A DNA stretch of 64,000 bases, taken from NCBI GenBank assembly GCA_964388545.1, contig CAYMAV010000001.1, forward strand, positions 6,272-70,271, in the 5' to 3' direction. The notes beneath the pieces were generated by a model. It saw only the letters and a program-made list of their open reading frames with translations. It was not told the DNA's origin and made no database searches. This document shows, in pieces, positions 9,879-18,686 of the stretch. A program made the translations under genes and the position numbers. The DNA is from an uncultured Clostridium sp. GTDB lineage: Bacteria; Bacillota_I; Bacilli_A; RF39; UBA660. The first letter of the stretch is position 1; the number at the start of each line of letters is the position of its first letter.

Positions 9879-10463
9879 ATGAAAAAAAAGAAATATCTTT
9901 TGTTGATTTTAGCAGTTTTTTCAATTTGTTTTACAGTTTCAACTATTAATGAGACCTATGCTAAATATGTTAGTAGTGCTAGATCAACAACATTAACTTC
10001 AATAGCAAGATGGAAAATCGTTGTAAATGAAAACGATATTTCTTTAGGTGCATCTACAACTAATTTTATAACACCTGTCTTTCCAGGAAGTGACCATATA
10101 AAAGAGGGGGTTATCGCTCCAAATGTAGAAGGTTATTTTGATTTAGTACTGGATGCTACTAATGTAGATGTATCATTTAATTATAAAATAAATATTGTTC
10201 AATCAGAGACTAACCCAGTAAAAGAATTGGTGGCAACAAGATATACTATTAATAACGGAGAGGCGGTTTTATTTCAAAATGGAATTCAAGAAATTAATGA
10301 AACCATTTTATTTACCTCAGTAGATAGAATAGCCAATATTAGAGTTTATGTTAAATGGGATGATAGCCTTAATTTAATGAATAATAGTGAGGATACTGAT
10401 ACAACTATAAATAACCAAAAAGGAATGATTGAAGTCGTTGTATCTGCTATTCAAATAGAATAA
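9879..10463 (+). CDS. Small secreted protein with a signal peptide and a TasA-like cleavage-region motif (ETYAKY)
   Basis: MKKKKYLLLILAVFSICFTVSTINETYAKY with RBS GAGGAG. The TYAKY motif echoes the TYAWF motif of the 6583 protein. Confidence 0.55.
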   Translation: MKKKKYLLLILAVFSICFTVSTINETYAKYVSSARSTTLTSIARWKIVVNENDISLGASTTNFITPVFPGSDHIKEGVIAPNVEGYFDLVLDATNVDVSFNYKINIVQSETNPVKELVATRYTINNGEAVLFQNGIQEINETILFTSVDRIANIRVYVKWDDSLNLMNNSEDTDTTINNQKGMIEVVVSAIQIE

Positions 10464-10500
10464 AAAAAGTTAATATTATCTATTAACTTTTGTACTATAC
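10464..10500. terminator. Bidirectional hairpin terminator between convergent genes
   Basis: AAAGTTAATA / TATTAACTTT stem flanked by an A-run (5') and T-rich sequence (3'). Confidence 0.4.
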
Positions 10501-11309
10501 CAATATGGATTACCATCTGGTCTTGTTTTAAACACATGGGTAAATGTATTACATTTATCTTTATTTTTTGTGTAATATTCTTTTGCGTTTTCAATCGCAT
10601 TATCAAAATCCTGCTCACTACTAGAGTTTACTCCAATAAACTCTTTTATTTGACTTTTTTCAAAATCTGTTGAACTAAAGTAGCTTGCTTGAATAATGTC
10701 CATAACTAGAAAACATGCATTTTCTTCTATTATTATTTCACCATTATTTTTAGTCATTGAATTTATAGTATTAAATTTAGTAATCGAACCAGCTCCCGCA
10801 CCATAAAAAGAGACATAATATGGTTCGAAGTAATAGGCAACTCCACCAGGAAGTGGAATTTCATCAGCTTTAACATTCTCAATGTTATAAAGTTTTTTCA
10901 ATGTAAGATTTACATCATCTATATGATAATATCCATCACCAGTACATTCATCATCAGGTCCTTCTCCGCATGATTCTCTTTTTACTTTTGGTTTATTTTC
11001 CTCTGTAAAAGGTCTCTTTTCAGTAGACATTAATGCAAGTGACACAATAGTCTTTTTAGGAATTGTATCAGTTGTATAATCATGTCCAGAGTAAGCATCG
11101 AATTGGGGCTCTATAGTCGTAGAGTTAAAAAATGGTACTCCTTCTAAATATTCATTCGCTTCCTTCTCATTTGTTACGGCTGGTTTTTCTTTTTCTAATT
11201 TTGTCTTACTATCACTTGATGTAAAGAAATTAAGATAAACTAGTACTCCTATTATTAATAGTAAAACTACATAACTTGCTATTAACAAGTATTTTTTATT
11301 ATTTGTCAT
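10476..11309 (-). CDS. Hypothetical membrane-anchored extracytoplasmic protein
   Basis: N-terminal TM helix YLLIASYVVLLLIIGVLVYL. Contains a Cys cluster CGEGPDDECTGDGYYH. Confidence 0.5.
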   Translation of the reverse strand: MTNNKKYLLIASYVVLLLIIGVLVYLNFFTSSDSKTKLEKEKPAVTNEKEANEYLEGVPFFNSTTIEPQFDAYSGHDYTTDTIPKKTIVSLALMSTEKRPFTEENKPKVKRESCGEGPDDECTGDGYYHIDDVNLTLKKLYNIENVKADEIPLPGGVAYYFEPYYVSFYGAGAGSITKFNTINSMTKNNGEIIIEENACFLVMDIIQASYFSSTDFEKSQIKEFIGVNSSSEQDFDNAIENAKEYYTKNKDKCNTFTHVFKTRPDGNPYWYSTKVNR

Positions 11310-11339
11310 TTTTCCTCCTTTTTATAACTAAACAAAGAT

Positions 11340-11627
11340 CTATCTAAATCTTTGGGATTTTTTAACTTTTACATAATAATTAACTGGTATCTTTTTGGAA
11401 ATTTCCCATAGTCGACAAACACTGCAATTTCTTGAAAACTCCATGTTAGAATCAATTTCCCAATTGGAAAATTCATGTCCAAAAGTTGTGCAAATTTTAT
11501 TATTTATTTCTCTTAACTCATCTTTCTTAGATTCTAAAATCTTATTAGAAAGGTCTACTTCTGATAAAATCTCTTCTCTTTTTCTAAAAAGATACTCTTT
11601 TATTTCAATTACATCATTATTTTTCAC
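11340..11627 (-). CDS. Small Cys/His-containing hypothetical protein (possible zinc-ribbon), translationally coupled to the ABC-2 permease
   Basis: Contains KICTTFGHEF...CSVCRLW. 1-bp gap to the upstream permease gene. Confidence 0.45.
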   Translation of the reverse strand: MKNNDVIEIKEYLFRKREEILSEVDLSNKILESKKDELREINNKICTTFGHEFSNWEIDSNMEFSRNCSVCRLWEISKKIPVNYYVKVKKSQRFR

Positions 11628-11628
11628 T

Positions 11629-12420
11629 TTAATAAAAATCCTTTTCTTTAAATCTATGTTTTGCTAATAGAATCATTAATATGCTAATTAGAAAACCAAC
11701 AACAAGCCTAAGGATATCCAGTTTAGAAGTTTGGATGATATCTCTTACCGGAATTAATGAGAAGACTGATAAATTACTAATCCATGAAAAGTCATCTGAT
11801 AATCCTCCTACTACATTTATTATATAGAAGAAGAAGACCATACCGATACTAATTGTAACCATTATCTTATTATTTCTAAAAAATGTAGAAATAAAGAAAG
11901 AAATTGTATAAATAACATATAGTACTAATGCCATATTCAAGTACATTAATACCAAAAGATTAAAATCATAGGGCGCTGTTAGTTCATAGCCCCAAAATAT
12001 AAATACAAAAGTTAGTAGTATAAATGATGTTAACAGAATAAAGCCACTAATTAGTTTATTAATAAAGATCTTTTCTCGGCTAATAGGTTTTGATAATAAA
12101 TAATTTATTGAACCTTCACTTTCTTCATTGAGTAGTAATCCTCCTCCTAATAATGAGGCATACATTCCTCCTATTAAGAGTATCATTATTACTCCTTCTG
12201 ACTTAAACCATCCGAAAGCAGACATTATATCAACTAAATCAAAGTTCATTGTCTGAAGCATCTCCTTTGGTAAAAGTTCTAAATAACTATCCATCAGTGC
12301 CGGATCCATTTTATCTATTAGAGTAGGATATATTAAAAATACTAGTAGAAATAAACCCATTATAACTACGGACCAAATTAATAAACTTTTATAACTAGCT
12401 TTCAATTCTTTCTTTATCAT
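11629..12420 (-). CDS. ABC-2 family transporter permease
   Basis: About 6 TM helices. Overlaps the ATPase gene by 4 bp. Confidence 0.7.
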   Translation of the reverse strand: MIKKELKASYKSLLIWSVVIMGLFLLVFLIYPTLIDKMDPALMDSYLELLPKEMLQTMNFDLVDIMSAFGWFKSEGVIMILLIGGMYASLLGGGLLLNEESEGSINYLLSKPISREKIFINKLISGFILLTSFILLTFVFIFWGYELTAPYDFNLLVLMYLNMALVLYVIYTISFFISTFFRNNKIMVTISIGMVFFFYIINVVGGLSDDFSWISNLSVFSLIPVRDIIQTSKLDILRLVVGFLISILMILLAKHRFKEKDFY

Positions 12421-13283
12421 TTATTATCTCCTCCTTTATAGTAAGATAAAAAGATATCTTCTAATTCGGGATTCTCTATTAATAAATTAGTAACTTTTAT
12501 TTCTCCTATTAATTTTATTAGTTTATTAATATCTCCATTATAAGAAAACTTAATAGTGTTCTTATTTACTTCTAATACTTCTTCTTTTATTTTAGATTTT
12601 ATTTTAGAAATATCTCCTTCAATAGTAATAATTTTATTATTAAAAAGTTTATCCAGATCTTTTATCTTTACGATTTTGCCATCTTTTATTAATGCAATAT
12701 CATCACAAAGACCTCCTACTTCCTTCAGATTGTGAGAGGATAGAAATATTGTCTTACCATTTTCTTTTTCCTTTTTTAGAATTCTATGAAAAATATCTTG
12801 AATTAATGGATCAAGCCCCGAAGTCGCTTCATCTAGTATAATTATGTCAGGGTTATGCATTAATGCTGTTACTATTCCTACTTTCTTTAAATTTCCAAAA
12901 GATAATTCCTTAATTTTTTTCTTTGTATCTAAATCTAACTCATTTATTAGCATTTTCGCTTTGTCCATACAATTAAAATCGTAGAAAGAAGCATTATACT
13001 CAATAAACTCCATTACTCTCATGTCTTCATAAATTTCTATTTCACTTGGAAGGTATCCAATTCTATTTCTAATATCAATTTCATCCTTAGTCATCAAAAC
13101 ATCATCAATATATATTTCTCCAGTATAGTTAAGTATATTAATTAAACATTTAATTGTTGTACTTTTACCCGCTCCATTAGGGCCTATAAAACCAAATATT
13201 GTACCTTTAGGTATAGTTAAACTAATATTATCTAATGATTTAAATAAACCATAATATTTTGTTAAATTTCTTATATCAATCAT
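12417..13283 (-). CDS. ABC transporter ATP-binding protein
   Basis: Walker A GPNGAGKST, signature LSFGNLKK, Walker B IIILDEATSGLD, H-loop SSHNL. Confidence 0.85.
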   Translation of the reverse strand: MIDIRNLTKYYGLFKSLDNISLTIPKGTIFGFIGPNGAGKSTTIKCLINILNYTGEIYIDDVLMTKDEIDIRNRIGYLPSEIEIYEDMRVMEFIEYNASFYDFNCMDKAKMLINELDLDTKKKIKELSFGNLKKVGIVTALMHNPDIIILDEATSGLDPLIQDIFHRILKKEKENGKTIFLSSHNLKEVGGLCDDIALIKDGKIVKIKDLDKLFNNKIITIEGDISKIKSKIKEEVLEVNKNTIKFSYNGDINKLIKLIGEIKVTNLLIENPELEDIFLSYYKGGDNK

Positions 13284-13289
13284 TATCTA

Positions 13290-13589
13290 CTATCCTTCCT
13301 TCCATTGATATTTATTTAAATCAACAGAGTTATGTTCTACTTCTACTCCATCACTTTGTAATCTTTTCCTTTGAATATCAATACCGCCATCTCCAAAGTT
13401 ACTAGCCAGTTTTCCAGATGCATTTACAACCTTAAAACAGGGCTGATTAATAGGATCCGGATTATTATGCAAAATATTTCCAACCACTCTAGAAAGATTC
13501 TTATTACCTAGATAAATAGCTATCTGAGAATAGGTAACAACCTTTCCTTTGGGTATTATTTTTAGATATTGATATACTTTTTCTTTCAT
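13290..13589 (-). CDS. MGMT-family (O6-alkylguanine-DNA alkyltransferase-like) DNA-binding domain protein with an atypical PCFK active-site motif
   Basis: IPKGKVVTYSQIA...NPDPINQPCFKVVNASGKL matches the Ogt C-terminal domain. The canonical PCHR motif is replaced by PCFK. Confidence 0.65.
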   Translation of the reverse strand: MKEKVYQYLKIIPKGKVVTYSQIAIYLGNKNLSRVVGNILHNNPDPINQPCFKVVNASGKLASNFGDGGIDIQRKRLQSDGVEVEHNSVDLNKYQWKEG

Positions 13590-13591
13590 AA

Positions 13592-13620
13592 TTAAATTAT
13601 ACCATAATGTATGTTATAAT
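13592..13620 (+). promoter_or_regulatory. Extended -10 promoter (TGtTATAAT) for the metallophosphoesterase gene
   Basis: tgttataat at 13612-13620. Weak -35 TTAAAT at 13592-13597. ATG at 13645 with RBS AGGGGGA. Confidence 0.4.
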
Positions 13621-13644
13621 ATTACTAATTTTTAGGGGGATATT

Positions 13645-14538
13645 ATGGAACCAATAATTGAACAATTTTTTATTGAAAGTCAAAAGTTAAAAAATGATAA
13701 AAAGATTATTTCAATGGCTGACTTACATATTAATTTAAAACTTAATAAAAAAGTATTATTAGCAATACAAAAGTTTTTATATGAAAGTAGCAAAATAGAC
13801 TTAATTACTATTTCGGGTGATACATTATATGCATCAGAATATCTTAGGTCTGAGTATATGAGAAAACTTGAATATTTGTTATCTTCTTTTAGAGAAATAG
13901 CACCTGTAGTATTATCCTTGGGAAATCATGATATTGAAAAGAGAGAAGAAGAAGCAAAAAAATCGTTTAAAAGTCTCGAGAAAATAAAAAATGTTTATCC
14001 ACTTGATAATGAGAGTATTAAAATAAACGACATGACAGTAACCGGATTCTATCCTAGATATCAGACATATGAAAAAAGAAATGATGGACTTCAATCTGAA
14101 ATAAGTTTTGTAAAAGACTTTAATAATTCAGGAATTACCTTTGATGAAGAAGAATTTAATATCTTACTAAATCATGAACCTAGATATATTAAAAGTAGAT
14201 ATACTCAATCAAAATTAACAGAATTATATGAATATGTTGATTTAATAGTTGCAGGACACTTACATAATGGATATGTACCTGAAATTATTGAGAGAATATT
14301 TCATGAGAAAATAAAAGATTATGGGATAACTCTTAATCAAAGTATTATTCCGCCCAGACTTTTCAGCAAAGTTAATCTATGTAGAGGAATTTATTCTCTG
14401 GGTAATGCTAAACTTATTGTTACTAAAGGAGGAAGAAAATATAATGGTATTCTACCTTCTGCACTTCCTATTAGACCAAATTTAACAGAAATAGAAGTTA
14501 TCGCTAAGAGAAAAACACTAAATTTACCAAGAAAGTAA
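13645..14538 (+). CDS. Metallophosphoesterase (calcineurin-like phosphoesterase)
   Basis: Motifs ISGDTLY, LGNHD, AGHLHNG. Confidence 0.8.
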   Translation: MEPIIEQFFIESQKLKNDKKIISMADLHINLKLNKKVLLAIQKFLYESSKIDLITISGDTLYASEYLRSEYMRKLEYLLSSFREIAPVVLSLGNHDIEKREEEAKKSFKSLEKIKNVYPLDNESIKINDMTVTGFYPRYQTYEKRNDGLQSEISFVKDFNNSGITFDEEEFNILLNHEPRYIKSRYTQSKLTELYEYVDLIVAGHLHNGYVPEIIERIFHEKIKDYGITLNQSIIPPRLFSKVNLCRGIYSLGNAKLIVTKGGRKYNGILPSALPIRPNLTEIEVIAKRKTLNLPRK

Positions 14539-14555
14539 TCTAAATATTAAGAAGC

Positions 14556-14595
14556 AAAAGTATTTATTTATTTTATATAAATACTTTTTTTTATA
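14556..14595 (+). terminator. Rho-independent terminator
   Basis: Stem AAAGTATTTA / TAAATACTTT (10 bp) followed by TTTTTTTT. Confidence 0.5.
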
Positions 14596-14613
14596 GTTTA
14601 CTAATAATAATTC

Positions 14614-14642
14614 AATAAAAAAACTCGAAACATTCCGAGTTT
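14614..14642 (-). terminator. Rho-independent terminator downstream of the tRNA pair (minus strand)
   Basis: Stem AAACTCG / CGAGTTT. An A-run on + at 14617-14623 corresponds to a T-run on the minus strand. Confidence 0.5.
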
Positions 14643-14651
14643 AATTCAATA

Positions 14652-14736
14652 TGGTGCGGGTGACAGGACTTGAACCTGCAAGCCGTGAAGCGCTAGATTC
14701 TAAGTCTAGTGCGTCTGCCAATTCCGCCACACCCGC
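14652..14736 (-). tRNA. tRNA-Leu (anticodon UAG)
   Basis: Revcomp GCGGGTGTGGCGGAATTGGCAGACGCACTAGACTTAGAATCTAGCGCTTCACGGCTTGCAGGTTCAAGTCCTGTCACCCGCACCA. Anticodon loop CTTAGAA, long variable arm, encoded CCA. Confidence 0.85.
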
Positions 14737-14742
14737 ATATTA

Positions 14743-14819
14743 TGGTGGACCCTATAGGACTTGAACCTATGACCTCCCGGTTATGAGCCGGATGCTCTAA
14801 CCAACTGAGCTAAGGGTCC
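14743..14819 (-). tRNA. tRNA with CAU anticodon, most like lysidine-type tRNA-Ile2 (alternatively elongator Met)
   Basis: Revcomp GGACCCTTAGCTCAGTTGGTTAGAGCATCCGGCTCATAACCGGGAGGTCATAGGTTCAAGTCCTATAGGGTCCACCA. Acceptor and D-loop resemble Bacillus tRNA-Ile(CAU). Confidence 0.8.
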
Positions 14820-14836
14820 GTTTCATTGACTAATTT

Positions 14837-14865
14837 ATAATATCACATTAGCCTTTGTCTTGCAA
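14837..14865 (-). promoter_or_regulatory. Sigma-A-type promoter for the tRNA pair
   Basis: On the minus strand: TTGCAA (-35; + 14860-14865), 17-nt spacer, TATTAT (-10; revcomp of + 14837-14842), about 18 nt upstream of the tRNA 5' end. Confidence 0.45.
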
Positions 14866-14899
14866 GGATAAAATGTATATAGTCAATGTTAAATCTATT

Positions 14900-16066
14900 T
14901 TACCATTTTGTTTTTTTCTCCCAAAATTTAATATATGAAAGAATTCTTTTTAGTAAAACTTTTTTACCAGAAAAAGTATGTTTATACAAGGCTTTTTTAT
15001 ATCCTTTATTTTTGTAAATATTATAGAAATTTACACTATTTGGATTGATCTTTGTTGGTTGCTGAAGATTATGTTGTAAACCATATTTAATATCCGCCTT
15101 TAAACAATCTAAATTATCTTTTAATTTATCAAAAATATCTAAGCCTTTTTTTGAATTGATTAATAATATTGATACTCCCTTATTATCAAAAAAATTTTTA
15201 TATTTTTCTTCTCCCTTCCAAAAATCACCTATCGTTAAATCGGATACTCTATCAACATTTGAATAATGACAGTTATAACAGGAATCCCTTAAACATAAAT
15301 TATTTTGAAATAGCTTTGGATATCTTTGTGAAAAAACAGAAATTGAATCTTCTTTATTATTTAAAATTATATTTTCTACATGTGATTTCCATCCATATTT
15401 TTTACATCTAAACTCATAATCAACTAATTTGTTTTTGTATTTTTTTTCAATTAGATCAACATGATCTTTCCACATACCTGGTGCCATTACACCATGACAG
15501 ATAATATCACATAATATTAAATTATTATAATCTTTTTTTAAAAAAGAACGTAATCCAGCAACTTGACAAGGAGTCCCCGTAAATAAAACTAATCTTTCTT
15601 CTTCTAAATCTTTTTTTAGTTGAAAAAATATATTTAAATCTAAATCACTTTGAACATATTTAGATTTCCTTAAACTATCTCTTCCTTTTTTATCAGTAAC
15701 TCTTTTGTGAATTACCTTCATATCTGAGTCAAATCCAACTCCATAGACAATACCTTTATTTTTTAAAACATAATCTGAAATCGCCGTAAACATCCCACCT
15801 GATGTACTATTATTTCTTACATCAAGATCTTTATGCTTAATAGCATAGCATTCTTTTAATGTATTTTTCATTTTATCAAATTTTTCTTTACTAAAGGGAC
15901 ATGTTTTAACACAAAGCCCACATTGAATACATTTATCATGATTAATTTTTGGATATTTAAATCCCTTATCATCCATAACCATATCAATAGCAGAAACTGG
16001 ACAAACATTTTTACAAGCTGTGCAACCTGAACACTCATCCTTTTTCTTAAAAACTTCTTCTATCAT
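14900..16066 (-). CDS. Coenzyme F420 hydrogenase/dehydrogenase beta-subunit-like 2x[4Fe-4S] protein (pyruvyl-transferase partner in polysaccharide loci)
   Basis: CSGCTACKNVCP and CIQCGLCVKTCP ferredoxin motifs at the N-terminus. FrhB-like C-terminal domain. 4-bp overlap with wzx. Confidence 0.7.
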   Translation of the reverse strand: MIEEVFKKKDECSGCTACKNVCPVSAIDMVMDDKGFKYPKINHDKCIQCGLCVKTCPFSKEKFDKMKNTLKECYAIKHKDLDVRNNSTSGGMFTAISDYVLKNKGIVYGVGFDSDMKVIHKRVTDKKGRDSLRKSKYVQSDLDLNIFFQLKKDLEEERLVLFTGTPCQVAGLRSFLKKDYNNLILCDIICHGVMAPGMWKDHVDLIEKKYKNKLVDYEFRCKKYGWKSHVENIILNNKEDSISVFSQRYPKLFQNNLCLRDSCYNCHYSNVDRVSDLTIGDFWKGEEKYKNFFDNKGVSILLINSKKGLDIFDKLKDNLDCLKADIKYGLQHNLQQPTKINPNSVNFYNIYKNKGYKKALYKHTFSGKKVLLKRILSYIKFWEKKTKW

Positions 16067-17589
16067 ATTTTCTTTCTCCTAAATATCAATAGTATTTTTT
16101 TATAAGCACTCTTTAACATATTATTTTCAAGAACAAAATCAAAAAGCAGAATAATTATAATAGAGAACATCATTGAGATAATAGCATAAATAAGCCAATC
16201 AAAATAAGTATTAGTATTAAACATAAAATAATTTCCTATAAAATAAATAGATGCTCCTAAAATAAAAACTTTTATAATTCTTAAAATTGTAGTTATTCTA
16301 TTTGTTTTAGTAATATATTTAGGAACAAAATAAATTAAATCAATGGTTCTATAAATATTTGATAATATGGAAGCAAATAAAATACCATTTATTCCATATT
16401 TTGGAGTTAAAAGAACTCCAAATATTAAAATTATTAAGGCTTGAATAGTAGTTTGAACTTTAGTTTCTTTATACATTCCAGATGAGTGAATAAGCATGCC
16501 TTGAGGAGTTTTTAAATTATATAACAGACCATTTAATACAAAGAGCAATGCTGTTGTTGGTAAAATATAATTAGCATCTGTTATTCCTTTTGTAAATAAT
16601 CTAATGAAAGGTATTATTAAGACATAAGTTAAAGAATAGGAAATGGTTAATAAATTATAATAAACATACTCAAATAAATTATAAGATTCCCTTAATGTCT
16701 TATCTTCTTTTTTAGCAATTATTTCACCAAAAGACGATGACAACCCACTAATAAATATAGATAATAGATTATTAACACCCATCATTATCATGTTATAAAT
16801 CGTATAAATACTAACACTTATTAAGTCTGAAAATATCGTTAAAATAATATATGGGCTTCCATTTTGAAATGAACCTAATATCTGAAGGTATAAAGCATCC
16901 CATCTCTTTTTTAAAAGATCCTTTTTTGGTTTTAAATTAAAATTAAGATCTTTATATTGTTTTTTTACATATAGTATTAGAATAATAGATCTTGTTAAAA
17001 CCGAGAATAATGCAAAAAATCTAACTATAATAATATCCATGCCTAAAACAGAAAATAGTAAAATAATTAAAGTGTTAATAACAATTCCTATAATAGATGC
17101 AATTGAAATAACATATAATCTTTGATCAGCAGTTAAAAGCGTTCTATATTTGGCAAGAGTAAAAAAGTCTAATATTCCACTCGCACCAATTATAAATACT
17201 AAAGCAATAATTTGAAATTTATTCATTACATCAGTAGAAACAATTAAAGGATAAAATACTGCTAATATTGTTACTAATAATAGAAAAATTAATCCAGATT
17301 TATAATAAAAATGTTTTGTTGTTGATACTACTTCGTTAATTTCCTTTTTATTTTTATTAGCTAACGGTTTGTAAAGAGCAAAAACTGATGCTGCAGAAAG
17401 GCCAGCCTCTACAACCGAAAAATAATTAATAAATTGAGTTACCGAGGATACCAACCCATTTATACTTGATCCATAATAAACTAACATTATTTTAGGAACA
17501 ATAAAACCAGCTAACATTGATACAACGGAAAGCAAAGCAGAAAAAAACACATTAATAAAAAACTTTCTAGTTCTAGTCAATTTATTCAC
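16063..17589 (-). CDS. Wzx-type polysaccharide flippase (MOP superfamily)
   Basis: 508 aa with about 12-14 TM helices, typical polysaccharide-biosynthesis-protein architecture. Confidence 0.7.
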   Translation of the reverse strand: MNKLTRTRKFFINVFFSALLSVVSMLAGFIVPKIMLVYYGSSINGLVSSVTQFINYFSVVEAGLSAASVFALYKPLANKNKKEINEVVSTTKHFYYKSGLIFLLLVTILAVFYPLIVSTDVMNKFQIIALVFIIGASGILDFFTLAKYRTLLTADQRLYVISIASIIGIVINTLIILLFSVLGMDIIIVRFFALFSVLTRSIILILYVKKQYKDLNFNLKPKKDLLKKRWDALYLQILGSFQNGSPYIILTIFSDLISVSIYTIYNMIMMGVNNLLSIFISGLSSSFGEIIAKKEDKTLRESYNLFEYVYYNLLTISYSLTYVLIIPFIRLFTKGITDANYILPTTALLFVLNGLLYNLKTPQGMLIHSSGMYKETKVQTTIQALIILIFGVLLTPKYGINGILFASILSNIYRTIDLIYFVPKYITKTNRITTILRIIKVFILGASIYFIGNYFMFNTNTYFDWLIYAIISMMFSIIIILLFDFVLENNMLKSAYKKILLIFRRKKI

Positions 17590-18679
17590 CTAATGCTTTA
17601 AATAGAAAATTTAAAGATTTTTCCCTTTCTTTTTGTAGAATATTTCCAACTTCATTATAATCTATTTCCTTTTTTATTATCTCATAAGATTTTTTTGAAT
17701 CATCAATTATTCTGCTATCCAATGATAGTTTATTTAGCAAATCTCTTTGCCTACTACCTCTTGTTTTATGTAATATAGTTGCAAATTTTTTATTTAAGAC
17801 TATCGATAGACAAACCCCATGAAAGGAATTTGTTATAACATAAGCGCTTTCATTCATAAAACTTAAAAAGTTTTCCGGAGAAACCTTAGTATCATTTAAC
17901 AATTCTCTTTCAAATTTATAATCAGAACCTACCAATACTACACCCATATCTAATTTATTAGATAAGAGATTAACCGTATCAATAATGTCTTGATTAACCT
18001 CCAACATATAAACAAAAATATATTTTTCTTTAATTAATTTTTCATGAGAAATATCTAGCCAATTTATTTTATCCAATAAAAGAGTTGGATCTAGAACTAC
18101 TTCAATTTTTTTATCATTTAAATTTTTCCTTAAACTTTTCTCACGCACACTAATAAAAGAGTAATCTTTTATATCTTTTTTTAGTTTTTCTATAACTTTT
18201 TTTCCAGGATTATCCTCACCCAAACTAGCACTATAAGATATCTTATTAGCATTATCAAAAAAACTTAAATTATATACACTACTATCATCATTAGTAATTT
18301 TTGCATTCCAAACCTGATCACTACCCGTAATTAAATAGTCATATTGTTTTGACAATAACTTTAACTCGTCTTTATCATTAATCTTCTTAGATATTTTAAT
18401 ATTTTTATTTACAAAACTTTTAAACCTTAATCTTCTCTTATTTGTTTTAGGTAACAAAATTAATCTTTTAAATATCTTTAATGGCTTCAAATAAAATCTT
18501 TCATTATCTGAAAATTCAAATATTCCTTTGTAGTCAAAACCATATACATCGTTAGAATAATAATCGATTACTTCAGTATCATAACCTTTATCATTTAATA
18601 CTTTATTAAGAGCATATGTTTGGAATACTGCCCCATAATTTAGTGCACGATGAAAAGTTAACACACCTATTTTTTTCAT
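17582..18679 (-). CDS. Polysaccharide pyruvyl transferase (CsaB/WcaK family)
   Basis: MKKIGVLTFHRALNYGAVFQTYAL N-terminal hallmark of PS_pyruv_trans. Confidence 0.75.
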   Translation of the reverse strand: MKKIGVLTFHRALNYGAVFQTYALNKVLNDKGYDTEVIDYYSNDVYGFDYKGIFEFSDNERFYLKPLKIFKRLILLPKTNKRRLRFKSFVNKNIKISKKINDKDELKLLSKQYDYLITGSDQVWNAKITNDDSSVYNLSFFDNANKISYSASLGEDNPGKKVIEKLKKDIKDYSFISVREKSLRKNLNDKKIEVVLDPTLLLDKINWLDISHEKLIKEKYIFVYMLEVNQDIIDTVNLLSNKLDMGVVLVGSDYKFERELLNDTKVSPENFLSFMNESAYVITNSFHGVCLSIVLNKKFATILHKTRGSRQRDLLNKLSLDSRIIDDSKKSYEIIKKEIDYNEVGNILQKEREKSLNFLFKALGE

Positions 18680-18686
18680 AAATACC

